The notes under the pieces were generated by a model. That model had not been told where the DNA came from. It saw nothing but the letters and a program-made list of their open reading frames with translations, and searched no databases. DNA of 59,665 bases from positions 1 to 59,665 of the forward strand of contig CAZPGS010000002.1 in assembly GCA_964586135.1 (NCBI GenBank). Reading direction: 5' to 3'. Every line of letters starts with the position of its first letter. Within the stretch, counting starts at the first letter, position 1. The DNA is from an uncultured Nitrososphaerota archaeon (lineage in GTDB: Archaea; Thermoproteota; Methanomethylicia; Nezhaarchaeales; WYZ-LMO8). This document shows positions 46,163 through 54,949 of this stretch, piece after piece. The position numbers and the translations under genes were made by a program.

Positions 46163-46588
46163 TTACTGGTAGCTCAAGACCTCTATCGCTATGTTATTCA
46201 TATCCACGCACTCGACGCTCAAGGCATAGGTCTGGCCCCCAGGTAGATCCAAGTCGCTCAGCCACACCTTGTACCTTATTGAGCGCTCATCCGCGCTCAA
46301 GACTATCTCGACGGCCCTGTCCACCGCCATCACATAGCCGACGGGTATCGAGGAGCCGTTTACCGCGAGCACGGGCCCCCTGATCGCTATTGAGGCAGTC
46401 TTCGGGACGTAGACGTTCACGATCACCTTCGAGCCCGGCCTCATGGCCACGGAGCTTATCGCCGTGTGGAGCGCCATGACGTCGGCGCTCGGCGCTACGG
46501 TTTGGCCTGAACTTGCCAGTAGCCCGAGGGCCACCGCGACGCAGGCCGTCGTGATTGAGAAGAGCACGAGTTTGTCCGCCACCTCCAA
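46163..46588 (-). CDS. pilin-like/accessory small protein with N-terminal hydrophobic helix
   Basis: 141 aa. The N-terminus is MEVADKLVLFSITTACVAVALGLLASSG, followed by a beta-rich domain. It is the last gene of the GC-rich pilus gene string. Confidence 0.5.
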   Translation of the reverse strand: MEVADKLVLFSITTACVAVALGLLASSGQTVAPSADVMALHTAISSVAMRPGSKVIVNVYVPKTASIAIRGPVLAVNGSSIPVGYVMAVDRAVEIVLSADERSIRYKVWLSDLDLPGGQTYALSVECVDMNNIAIEVLSYQ

Positions 46589-46602
46589 GCCCCTTCACCT
46601 CA

Positions 46603-47250
46603 TCAAGGCCTCAAGCGGATCCTCAGCCCCCTCTCGTCCATTACCTCTAGCGAGCTCGGTCTCTGGAGGTAATAGAGCTTCAGGGAGTCGCCAGAGGCCT
46701 CCACCTTGACGGGCTTGGGGTCAAAGGTCAGGCTCTGGCCGGTGATCTCGCCGTTCTCGTCGTAGAAGCTGATTGCCACGACGAAGTAGATGCCCTCGGG
46801 GGCGGCTGAGGCGACCGAGGCGCCGAACCTCACGCTACAGGTGTAGTCCACGCCCCTCCCGCCCACGCTCAGCGTGTACTTCACGGAGAGCGAGGCCTCC
46901 GACCAGTAGCCCACGGCCAAGGCGGGGTTGTTGGAGAGGATCATGTAGGAGCTCAGGGGGACGAACCGCCCGTCGAGAGCGTTCAAGTTCTGAGAGAGGG
47001 CCACGCCGACGGTCGGGGCCTTCCCGTTCACGTACGCCGCGAGCGCGTTGAGGGTCGCGTGCCTCAAGGAGGCCTCCGCCGTGCTCAGGTCCACCTTAGC
47101 TATCGGGACGTAGGTGGGCGCGTTCGTCGCTAGGGCGCCAGCCACCATCAGCATGACAAATCCCACGAGCAAGGCCACCACCGTGTAGTTCACGGGGGCC
47201 ACCTTCGTTCTCGCACGCCTTCGCTCGAGGAGTCTTAAAAGGGCGCTCAA
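46603..47250 (-). CDS. pilin-like/accessory protein with N-terminal hydrophobic helix
   Basis: 215 aa from TTG 47250. A TATA-like CTTTTAAG at 47234..47241 lies inside this N-terminus, so GTG 47202 (MAPVNYTVVALLVGFVMLMVAGALA...) may be the real start. Confidence 0.5.
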   Translation of the reverse strand: MSALLRLLERRRARTKVAPVNYTVVALLVGFVMLMVAGALATNAPTYVPIAKVDLSTAEASLRHATLNALAAYVNGKAPTVGVALSQNLNALDGRFVPLSSYMILSNNPALAVGYWSEASLSVKYTLSVGGRGVDYTCSVRFGASVASAAPEGIYFVVAISFYDENGEITGQSLTFDPKPVKVEASGDSLKLYYLQRPSSLEVMDERGLRIRLRP

Positions 47251-47289
47251 GCTTGACCGGGTTCTCTAGGAGCTCCGAGAGACGAGGCC

Positions 47290-47706
47290 TCAGCTCTTCA
47301 CGACGAGGCCCACGTACCTGCGGTTCACGTCGCCGTTGTAGCCGGACAGCACCACGACGGCGGCGACCCCCTCTACATCCTCCCCGACCTTCAGGAGGAG
47401 GTCGCCGTTAGAGCTACACACGGTCAGCTTGAAGGGCCTCGAGCCCACGAACGCCCTCACGTGTTGCGCTAGGAAGACAGAGTCGTTCTTGTAGACGGCT
47501 CTAACGAAGCTCGGGTCCCGTGCCAAGGCTGCTAGGGCGTCGCCTGGAGGTTCGGGGGGTGGGGCTTGGGAGGGCTTGGAGAGCACGCTCATGCACGCCA
47601 CCGCGAAGAAAAGCAGGACGAAGGAGGCTATGAAAGCATCTAGGAGGTGGGCCTGAGCTCTTCTCCCCGCTCTTCTCTCAGCCCTCGCGAGCGCCGCTGC
47701 CCTCAC
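47290..47706 (-). CDS. pilin-like/accessory protein with N-terminal hydrophobic helix
   Basis: 138 aa. An Arg-rich N-terminus is followed by AQAHLLDAFIASFVLLFFAVACMSVL. Its start overlaps the upstream gene stop by 4 nt. Confidence 0.5.
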   Translation of the reverse strand: MRAAALARAERRAGRRAQAHLLDAFIASFVLLFFAVACMSVLSKPSQAPPPEPPGDALAALARDPSFVRAVYKNDSVFLAQHVRAFVGSRPFKLTVCSSNGDLLLKVGEDVEGVAAVVVLSGYNGDVNRRYVGLVVKS

Positions 47707-48353
47707 GAGGAGTACTCCTCCCTCAGCATCACGAGCCCCGCGTAGCCCTTGAGGCGGGGGTCGCTCGGGCCGACCAATTTCGAGCCCACCATCCTCAGCT
47801 TGGACAGGTAGCCGTCGTCGATCGCCCTCGTTTGAGGGCCCGCGCTCGTCCTCACTACCATGAACTCCGAGGGCTCCACCTCATAGCCGGTGGTCACCTT
47901 CAGTTGGGGGTACAGGCCCGGGGCGCTCGCCAGGGGATAGACCCCCGCGGTCGTCACCACGAGCCCTCTAGGGTAGGCGGCCCCGTGCTTCACCCCGTAG
48001 CCGCTAGAGGTTATCGCGACTACCCACTCGTCTGAGTCGGCGCTCACCTTCGTCGGCAGGACCCGCTCCTCGAAGAGCCTCACCTGATGCGCCGCCCCGC
48101 TTGTCTTGATCACGGCTACCACGGCCCTGACCCCCTCCAGCCCGACCCCTATCGTCGCAACCTTTGACGAGGGGTCGTAATTTATCGGTATCTTGAGGAG
48201 GTAACGGTAGGCCACCGCGGCCACGTCCGGGGGCAACATGCTGGAGGCGTAGGCTAGGGCCGAGTAGTAGCCGAGGCCCGCGCAGAGCGCCAAGAAGAAC
48301 AGGAAGACGCCGGTCGCTATCGCGAGGTCGATGTGCTCCTCCACTCCCTCCAC
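47703..48353 (-). CDS. pilin-like/accessory protein with N-terminal hydrophobic helix
   Basis: 216 aa. The N-terminus is ..EEHIDLAIATGVFLFFLALCAGLGYY. An alternative GTG start at 48344 fits the TATA-like box at 48368..48375 better. Confidence 0.5.
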   Translation of the reverse strand: MEGVEEHIDLAIATGVFLFFLALCAGLGYYSALAYASSMLPPDVAAVAYRYLLKIPINYDPSSKVATIGVGLEGVRAVVAVIKTSGAAHQVRLFEERVLPTKVSADSDEWVVAITSSGYGVKHGAAYPRGLVVTTAGVYPLASAPGLYPQLKVTTGYEVEPSEFMVVRTSAGPQTRAIDDGYLSKLRMVGSKLVGPSDPRLKGYAGLVMLREEYSS

Positions 48354-48430
48354 ATGCTAGGAAGGGGTTAAAAAGGCGACGGCACTCGGGGCACCCGGAG
48401 CTACGGTGCCATCGGCGTCGTACTGCCCCC

Positions 48431-50110
48431 TTAGACCCAGCCCATCGCCGCTCCCGTGAACAGCTCAAGCACGACGATCAGGCAACACATGGCGGCGTCC
48501 CTGAAGCCCTCCCCGAGCTTGAAGGAGGATATCTTCCCGGCTATCAGGCCGCATATGACCGCGGAGGTCGCTACCCCCAACATCACTTGGCTCGCTATGT
48601 AGGGCATGTCCTCCGGGGTTATCATTATCGCGAAGGGCATCGAGGCGACCGCTTGCTGCGTCATCGTCATCGCGCCCAGCCTCGCGAGCATGGGCATGAC
48701 GAAGCCCATGAGCGCTATCGCTATCCCGCCCGCCAGCGCGACCCCGAACATGATCATCCACCGGTTGAGGGCGATGTTGCTCCTGTACTCGCTCACGGAG
48801 TCCACGTGCTCCCTGAAGGCCTCAGCGAGGCCGTCGAACGCCTCAGCCCTCGCTCCCAGCTCCTCCAGGTCCCTCATGAGGTCTAAGGCGAGGAGGGCCG
48901 GCTTCGGGAGCAGGTGGGCTGTGTCCTTCAGCGCCCTGTCGAAGCCGCTCAGCCTGGCCTTGTTCACCAAGAGCTTCAGGAACCTATCGAAGAGCCTCCC
49001 GTAAACCCTCGTGGACAGGTACTCCAAGGCCTTGAAGGGGCTGGAGCCCCTTCTCACCTCGTCCGCCAGATCCCTTAGGAAGGCCGGTAGTTTCTCTATC
49101 ACTTCCGTCAGGGCCCTGTCGTGCCTCTTCCACTCCATGTAGGCCGGCACGGCAAAGCCCGCGCACGCCGCGACGACTGCGAGGGCCGAGGCGAACCTTA
49201 TCATCAGAGGTAGCCTGAGGAGGCCCAAACTCACGCACGCTCCCAAGGTCACCCCCAAGGGGAGCCACTTCATCAAGGGCCTGGTGTACACGGGCGAGTA
49301 CTGCTGAGGGGCCACGTCGGGGCACATCGCGTCGGCGATCACTATGAGCATCCCACCCATCGTTAGGAAGACGACCGAGAAGAAGAGGATCATCATCCCG
49401 ATCTGTTGCGAGGCTAGGAGCATGAGCATGGTGTAGACGCTCACGGGCAGGATGCAGAAGATGGAGGTCACGGCGGTTGCCAGAGTGCTCATCCTGTTGC
49501 TCATCGCCTTGAAGGAGGCCTTTAGGGCGTTTAGGGCCTGCACGTGGAGGTCCCTAAACGCCTGGACTGGGGAGCCACCCGTCCTCTCCAAAAAGGCCAT
49601 CGTCGTGAGTAGTTGCCTCCACACCCCGCCTATCGGCCTGTCGGCCTCCTTGGAGAAGACGGTGGGGAGGGGCTCGAGCGTTATGGAGGCGTCCCTGAAC
49701 AGGCGCTTGAGCTCGAAGCTCGCATGGGGGAGGGTGAGCTCCTTCTCCCTCAGGCGATTGGCTATCTGGATCGTCGGGAGGCCGGCCTGCGCGTAGGCGT
49801 CCGCCATCAGGACGGCCCGGTAACTCTCCTCCGCCAGCCTCTTCAGGTGCGACTTGTAGTCCCTGTACGGCTTCGTGTAGAGGAAGAAGACGAGAGTCGA
49901 GAGCGCGAGGATAATCAGGATGGCCTGGAGCGGAGGGTCGGGTGGAGATAGCTGGGGCGCCGAGCGCTTCACGAGGAGGAGCATCGCGAGGGGAAGGGCC
50001 GGGACGAAGGAGTAGGCGAGGGCCTTCTTGAACCTCCTGTAGAGGGCCTCCGGGTTCTGGAAGAGGTAGTAGCGGCAGGCCTCCTCGAAGAGCCTCCTCA
50101 CGTGAGGCAA
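48431..50110 (-). CDS. FlaJ/TadC/PilC-like polytopic membrane platform protein of a type IV filament system
   Basis: 559 aa with at least 7 hydrophobic segments and two soluble helical regions, as in T2SS-F/FlaJ proteins. Its start lies 4 nt after the stop of the secretion ATPase, the canonical ATPase-platform pairing. Confidence 0.7.
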   Translation of the reverse strand: MPHVRRLFEEACRYYLFQNPEALYRRFKKALAYSFVPALPLAMLLLVKRSAPQLSPPDPPLQAILIILALSTLVFFLYTKPYRDYKSHLKRLAEESYRAVLMADAYAQAGLPTIQIANRLREKELTLPHASFELKRLFRDASITLEPLPTVFSKEADRPIGGVWRQLLTTMAFLERTGGSPVQAFRDLHVQALNALKASFKAMSNRMSTLATAVTSIFCILPVSVYTMLMLLASQQIGMMILFFSVVFLTMGGMLIVIADAMCPDVAPQQYSPVYTRPLMKWLPLGVTLGACVSLGLLRLPLMIRFASALAVVAACAGFAVPAYMEWKRHDRALTEVIEKLPAFLRDLADEVRRGSSPFKALEYLSTRVYGRLFDRFLKLLVNKARLSGFDRALKDTAHLLPKPALLALDLMRDLEELGARAEAFDGLAEAFREHVDSVSEYRSNIALNRWMIMFGVALAGGIAIALMGFVMPMLARLGAMTMTQQAVASMPFAIMITPEDMPYIASQVMLGVATSAVICGLIAGKISSFKLGEGFRDAAMCCLIVVLELFTGAAMGWV

Positions 50111-50114
50111 GGCC

Positions 50115-51746
50115 TTAAAAAGAGGGGCGGGCCTCCTGGCAACGCGCTCCTCGGGCCGGCTGCGCGGGCGGCGGGGCCAGCAGGCGCTCCGTCTTCGTGA
50201 ACTCCTCTAGCCTCTCTATGAGGTCCTTCGGGTCGCGGTAAAACTCCGTGAGGGCCCTGAGCCACTCGCCCGGCTCCGCCAGCTTCTCCCGGAGCCCCTT
50301 GACCGCGACCAGGCTCAAGAACCTTGCCCGCAATCTCCAGGAGGCCTCGACCTCGGCCTCACCCTTCAGGCCCCTCTCTGCCACGGCCCTGAGCACGGGC
50401 CTTGGGTCCTCCATCACCACCCTGTCCTCCTCCGGCTTGTACCTCGCCACGGCCACGCACTTGGGCCTGAAGTCCTCGTCCAGCCCCTCCACGAAGTATA
50501 TCGCCTTGACCCTCCTCAGCCTCTGGGTCTTTGTCTGGAAGAGGCCCATGTGCGCTAGGAGCCTCAGCTCCGCCGCGAGGGCCCTCTCCATGCCCAAGTC
50601 CTTGAGCCTGCCGAAGAGCGCCTCGGGAGACTCGGCGTGTATCGAGGCGAGGCCCCCCTGCCCTATCCCGAGGGCCTGCCCGAAGACCCTCGCCTCCTCC
50701 CCCCTTATCTCATTTATAGTTATGTAGTCGCAGTCGTACCTCAGCAGGTGCTTCACGAGGTCCATCATGGTTATCGCGCCCTCGCCGGCTATCCCGAACC
50801 CGGTTCTCTCGTACATGAGCACCTTGCCCGGGTGTGGGACGTCCATCTCGGGTATGTCGCATGCTATCCCTATCCTAGCCTCAGGGGGGAGGAGCATCGC
50901 GACTGCGTTTATCAGGGTCGTCTTCCCGCTACCAAGCCCGCCGAAGCTCACCAAAGCCAGCTTGTGCTCCGAGGCTATCCAGAGGAGGGCCATGGCCTCG
51001 GGGCTTATCACGCCGGTCGCCAGGTAGAGCGGGGGCGTCCAAGGCCTCTTCGGGAACTTCCTTATGACGAAGCTGGAGCTCCTCGCGACCTCCCCCTCCC
51101 CCAAGGTCAGGGCCGCCCTATCCCCCGTCGGCAACACCACGCTCACCTGGGGCCTGAAGCGCGATATCGACCTCCCTCCCCTGTAGGCCAGCAGCCTGAC
51201 CATCTCGTCCAGTTGCTCCTTCGTGAGGTGGACGTTGGTGGGCATCCTCCCGAACCTCCTGTGGGTAACGACGACCGGCCTGTCGGGCGAGTCACAGGCT
51301 ATCCCCTCCAGCTCGTCGTCCATGACCAAGGGGTGTATCGCCTTATAGCCCACGACCTCCCTCTGGATCAAGTAGCGGAGGGCCCTAGTCTCGTAGTCCT
51401 CCTCTCCCAGCCCGAGGGCCTCGAAGACCCTCGCCAGCCCGCCCTCCACGTCCTCCGGCCTCACTATGTACAGCAGGACCTCGTCTATCAGCCTCTGGGC
51501 CTTGTAGAGGGTCTCGTCGTCCACCTTTGGGTCCTCGACTACGTACTTGTAGCCCTCCCTCCCCTCTACTATCGCGACCTTGGCGAAGCCGTCCGGGGAG
51601 TAGAGGGCGCGCTCCACGCCCTCGTAGTCCTGCTGCCTCGGCCTCGTGAGGACTATTCTCGGCCTGAAGCCGGGCGGTAGCTTCGGGGGGGCCTTCTCGG
51701 CCCCTGAGGATCCCGAGGGCCTGCGCCCGAAGGGGTTCAGCCTCAT
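50115..51746 (-). CDS. FlaI/VirB11-type type II/IV secretion ATPase (pilus/archaellum assembly ATPase)
   Basis: 543 aa. Walker A SFGGLGSGKTTLINAV, Asp/Walker B region CDYITINEIRGEEA, His box GGLASIHAESPEALFGRL, and an N-terminal domain with the YKYVVEDP motif as in FlaI/UpsE/AapE-type proteins. Confidence 0.85.
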   Translation of the reverse strand: MRLNPFGRRPSGSSGAEKAPPKLPPGFRPRIVLTRPRQQDYEGVERALYSPDGFAKVAIVEGREGYKYVVEDPKVDDETLYKAQRLIDEVLLYIVRPEDVEGGLARVFEALGLGEEDYETRALRYLIQREVVGYKAIHPLVMDDELEGIACDSPDRPVVVTHRRFGRMPTNVHLTKEQLDEMVRLLAYRGGRSISRFRPQVSVVLPTGDRAALTLGEGEVARSSSFVIRKFPKRPWTPPLYLATGVISPEAMALLWIASEHKLALVSFGGLGSGKTTLINAVAMLLPPEARIGIACDIPEMDVPHPGKVLMYERTGFGIAGEGAITMMDLVKHLLRYDCDYITINEIRGEEARVFGQALGIGQGGLASIHAESPEALFGRLKDLGMERALAAELRLLAHMGLFQTKTQRLRRVKAIYFVEGLDEDFRPKCVAVARYKPEEDRVVMEDPRPVLRAVAERGLKGEAEVEASWRLRARFLSLVAVKGLREKLAEPGEWLRALTEFYRDPKDLIERLEEFTKTERLLAPPPAQPARGARCQEARPSF

Positions 51747-51828
51747 GTAACTGACCCCCTTAAAAAGGCCCGCGGCTAGGAGGTAAAGAAGAGGAAGGGG
51801 GTTTGGGGCTCGCCCGCGCTACGCAACG

Positions 51829-52263
51829 CTAGCCGGAGAGGCACACGACCATTACTGGGTAGGACTTCGTGGCGCCCCCGCTAAAGGTCACCGTCACGAT
51901 AGTGAGGTACTGCTGGCCGGCCACAAGGCTGGGAGCGCCAGAGCCACCCGAGGAGAGGAACCCCGAGAGGCTCCTCTCGCCACCCGGAGGTATTGAGGTA
52001 CCCGTACTGAACGTGCCGACAGGTTGTGTCTGGGAGCCGGCCCCCCTCGGGTAGACCGTCACGGACACGGCCGTTATATCGACGGAGCCCACGTTCCTCA
52101 CGTTCAAGATTACCCTGCCGGTGCTGAAGATGCTTACCCCGCTGATCATGGCGTCGGTAGTTTGGGCCTGTTGCGCTATCATCGGTATTATCTGGGCGGC
52201 CACGAACCCCGCCACGGCTATCGTCGCCACGAAGAGCACCAAGAACTCGGCCGAGAGCTTCAC
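51829..52263 (-). CDS. archaeal type IV pilin-like protein (paralog 2)
   Basis: 144 aa with a GTG start. The N-terminus is MKLSAEFLVLFVATIAVAGFVAAQIIP, followed by a Gly/Ser/Thr/Val-rich beta domain. A TATA-like TTTTAAAAG lies 24 nt upstream. Confidence 0.7.
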   Translation of the reverse strand: MKLSAEFLVLFVATIAVAGFVAAQIIPMIAQQAQTTDAMISGVSIFSTGRVILNVRNVGSVDITAVSVTVYPRGAGSQTQPVGTFSTGTSIPPGGERSLSGFLSSGGSGAPSLVAGQQYLTIVTVTFSGGATKSYPVMVVCLSG

Positions 52264-52332
52264 CCCTCTGCCACCGGTTAAAGGGATTTTAAAAGAGGGA
52301 GGGGTTTTGAGGGCCCTCTCGGCTCGCGCTGT

Positions 52333-52758
52333 TCAGATGCTCCTGACTATGGCGGCCACGTCCTTGGCGACGACCTTGCCGTCGGCGAAGGTGCATTCTA
52401 TCCTGAACGTTATCCTGTCCCCAACGTTGGCCGTGTAGCCCCTGACCTCCAGCTGGACCATGTCGCCAGGCTTGATCGGCTTGGCGACGTCCACGAGACT
52501 ACCGTCAACGTAGGTGACGTCACATTCTTGCTGGGTCTCTCTGACCGTCGCTTTTACGGCCACTCGCACCATGTCTACCGTCGCCAAGTTCTTTATCTTG
52601 ATGTAGGTCCTCTCCCTGAGGCACTGGTCCACCTGCGGCGTGAAGTCCGGCGTCCCGGCCATCGAGGCGCCTATGTAGCCCATGCCCCAGGCGGCGACGG
52701 CGCCGACGACTGCTATTGTCACCACCAGCAGTATCACGGTCTCTATGCTCAGCTTCAC
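52333..52758 (-). CDS. archaeal type IV pilin-like protein (paralog 1)
   Basis: 141 aa. The N-terminus MKLSIETVILLVVTIAVVGAVAAWGMG parallels the neighbouring pilin. A TATA-like CTTTTTAAAG lies 27 nt upstream. Confidence 0.7.
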   Translation of the reverse strand: MKLSIETVILLVVTIAVVGAVAAWGMGYIGASMAGTPDFTPQVDQCLRERTYIKIKNLATVDMVRVAVKATVRETQQECDVTYVDGSLVDVAKPIKPGDMVQLEVRGYTANVGDRITFRIECTFADGKVVAKDVAAIVRSI

Positions 52759-52773
52759 TTCCCGAGCACCTCG

Positions 52774-53172
52774 TCATAGGGCCCCTTTAAAAAGGGGTGA
52801 GGCCCCTGGGAGCCCCGAGGGCTGGAGGCCGGCGCCCACCCCTAAGGGCCCTCCGCAGGAGCTCCGCAGGGAGGGGAGCGAAGCGACCTCCGAGAGCGAC
52901 GAAGCCCTCAGGCCGGCCCTCCCCTCCAGCGACCTCAGCGCCATCCTCTCCTCGTACTTCGAGGAGACCTCCTTGAAGTTCCTCCTTAAGAACATCACGA
53001 CGAGCTCCGGCTTGGTCAGGAGGCTCGGGTAGCCCCTTCACGAAGTTGACGAGGATCTCGTAGAAGGCCTCCCCGAGGCGGCTCCCCAGCTCTCCTCCAG
53101 CCCCTCTCTGATGGCCTCCTCGATGGCCCTCTCCACGTCGCCCTTGGGCGCCAAGGTTCTGCCACTCCTCAC
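52774..53172 (-). pseudogene. small soluble protein gene with two compensating frameshifts (or homopolymer sequencing errors)
   Basis: A GTG at 53172 overlaps the upstream stop (GTGA). The third-position GC pattern supports frame a (..GDVERAIEEAIREGLEE), then frame b (LGSRLGEAFYEILVNFVKG), then frame a again (YPSLLTKPELVVMFLRRNFKEVSSKYEERMALRSLEGR..). Frame a alone hits a TGA. Both switches lie at G-runs (CTGGGGAG, AAGGGGCT). Confidence 0.3.
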
Positions 53173-53498
53173 CCCCCGATCCAGGCGTAAGCGCCGTCCG
53201 AGTTTATGACGACGAGCGTCCCCCCGGCGGACTGGTACCCGGTCTTGGGGATGGGCTCCTCCTCGCTCGCGCCGGAGGAGCTGACGACGACCTTGTCCGC
53301 TTGGATCTCCACGACAGCGCCTCCCACGTAGACGGCCTCGGAGCCCCTGAGGCCGCTCAGGCCGCTCGCCAGCCGCTTCGCCACGTTGTCCGCCTGAACC
53401 CTGAAGACGACGTACAGCTGGGGCTGCATCAATGTCACGAAGCTTGTCACCATAAACACCGCCAGCATTGAGCCGATGAGCGCCGAGATGGTCCTCAT
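53169..53498 (-). CDS. pilin-like small protein
   Basis: 109 aa. The N-terminus MRTISALIGSMLAVFMVTSFVTLMQ has the same M-[KR]-x-[SI] short leader plus hydrophobic helix as the two pilins, followed by a beta-rich C-terminal part. Confidence 0.55.
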   Translation of the reverse strand: MRTISALIGSMLAVFMVTSFVTLMQPQLYVVFRVQADNVAKRLASGLSGLRGSEAVYVGGAVVEIQADKVVVSSSGASEEEPIPKTGYQSAGGTLVVINSDGAYAWIGG

Positions 53499-53594
53499 GT
53501 AGGCCTCCGCTTAAAAAGAGGGAGGGGCCCCTGGGAGCGACGGCCTTGGACTGGCCGGAGCCCGCCCTCGGCTCTCCCTCTTCGGCCTAGGGGC

Positions 53595-53798
53595 TCAGGC
53601 CTCGAAGAAAAGGGAGGCGAGGTCGACGCTGGACAGCAGTATGGCCAGGTTGTTGATCGGTGCGAGGACCACGGGAAGCAGGAAGGCGTACTCCGCTCCC
53701 TCGCCGCCCCCAGGCCTCTCCCCGAGCCTCTTCAATAGGCAGAGGGCGAGGTATATTGTGAGGGCCTCGACGGGCGCGTAGAGCGGCAGGACGACCAA
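53595..53798 (-). CDS. hypothetical small membrane protein
   Basis: 67 aa with a TTG start and two hydrophobic segments. The support is weak because many spurious frames stay open in GC-rich DNA. Confidence 0.25.
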   Translation of the reverse strand: MVVLPLYAPVEALTIYLALCLLKRLGERPGGGEGAEYAFLLPVVLAPINNLAILLSSVDLASLFFEA

Positions 53799-53895
53799 GC
53801 CGCGCTCGAGACCCGTCCCCTAGCGAAAGCACGGCGTGGGTCGTGATCCGCTCAAACACGCTGGACTTTTGCCTCTTTTTAAGCCCACAGACCAC

Positions 53896-54552
53896 ATGCT
53901 GAGGACGACCGAGAAGGCCGTCTTAATCGCGTGTTGCGTCGCGGGCATAGCGATAGCCCTCCCGCTCTGGAACCCCTACGCCAAGGTCTCCACCTTGAGC
54001 TTGGAGTACGTGAGGGGACAGGCCGTCAAGTGGGCCCGTTGCCTAGAAGAGGGGACGCCCTTCGCGTTCGACGTCCCGGTCCTCGTCGAAAGCGAGAGTG
54101 TTGCGATAAGGGTCGACCTCCCCAACGAGCAACCGCTGGTGGTCAGGGCCGTCAAGTCCAAGCTGAAGATACCCTGCCCCGAGGCCTCGAGAGGGATCCT
54201 GCTCTACGGCCCCCCAGCCTCCTGGTCGAGCGAGAGGAGGGCGAAGGTGTATCAGGAGCAGGGCTTCGTGGTGGTGGAGCTGATCCCGAGGGTCCAGATC
54301 ACCGCGACCTCCGAGTCGGGCGCTAGGGTCTACGTGGTGAGGGTGGAGCTGTTCAGGGCGGACCTCTCCCAAATAGAGGCGGGCAAGGCCATCGGGCCCA
54401 AGGGGATTCAGGGGCTCGCCTACACGAGGGGCTACGACTACTCCGGGTCGAGCAGGGTCTACCTCGACAACGTCGAGGTGACCCGGAGCCCGCTCTCCGT
54501 CGTCAAGGGCGACGCCGCGAGGGTGATAATCGCCTACGAGGCGTGGGGCTGA
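53896..54552 (+). CDS. hypothetical N-terminally anchored secreted protein
   Basis: ATG 53896 gives MLRTTEKAVLIACCVAGIAIALPLW... (TM anchor) followed by a beta-rich domain. The longest ORF starts at 53836. A CTTTTTAAG box lies at 53875..53883. This is the only plus-strand gene in the GC-rich block. Confidence 0.55.
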   Translation: MLRTTEKAVLIACCVAGIAIALPLWNPYAKVSTLSLEYVRGQAVKWARCLEEGTPFAFDVPVLVESESVAIRVDLPNEQPLVVRAVKSKLKIPCPEASRGILLYGPPASWSSERRAKVYQEQGFVVVELIPRVQITATSESGARVYVVRVELFRADLSQIEAGKAIGPKGIQGLAYTRGYDYSGSSRVYLDNVEVTRSPLSVVKGDAARVIIAYEAWG

Positions 54553-54949
54553 GCCCCGGAGTTCGGGGGACGGCCGTGCGCGGGATGGGGTCACCCATCA
54601 GGTGCGTATGTCATCAAAGTGACGCGCTCCCATCGCTTTTCATCAGCTTGAGGTCGCCCGAAAGTGGCCCATAGCGATCATGGTCTCACCGCTAGGAGTA
54701 ACACCATTCCGAAAAAGTACATGCGCATTTCGAGGCTACAAGTGGCTAGGGCCTGCGAGCTGAAGGCTACATGTCCAGCCCACCTTTGATGGAGAAAAGG
54801 AGCTTATGTGCAGGGGCTCAAGCACGTGACGCTTCTCTATATAAAAAAGGAGCTAGGAAGGGATGCTGTGAATGCTCTGCTAAAAACGCCTCTCCATATT
54901 GCTCCTCTGTTAGGCTCCGGCGCGGAGGCGGCTAAGGCCTTCCAGTACT

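Noticed and set aside
48004-49325. ORFs 48004..48468, 48465..48761, 48587..48886, 48606..49004 and 48984..49325 in and around the FlaJ-like gene
   Set aside because: These are alternative or antisense frames of polytopic membrane and pilin-like genes. The sequences are Arg/Gly-rich, and none has independent support.
50637-51680. 347-aa plus-strand ORF (with neighbours 50248..50727 and 50767..51027) opposite the FlaI-like ATPase
   Set aside because: It is antisense to a gene with unambiguous Walker A/B and His-box motifs. The translation is Arg/Pro/Gly/Leu-rich low-complexity sequence, typical of open non-coding frames in GC-rich DNA.
54043-54594. 183-aa minus-strand ORF, and the 53931..54326 plus-strand alternative frame
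   Set aside because: They overlap the better-supported plus-strand gene 53896..54552, which has a TM anchor, a high third-position GC pattern and a TATA-like box. Their translations are Arg/Gly/Pro-rich.
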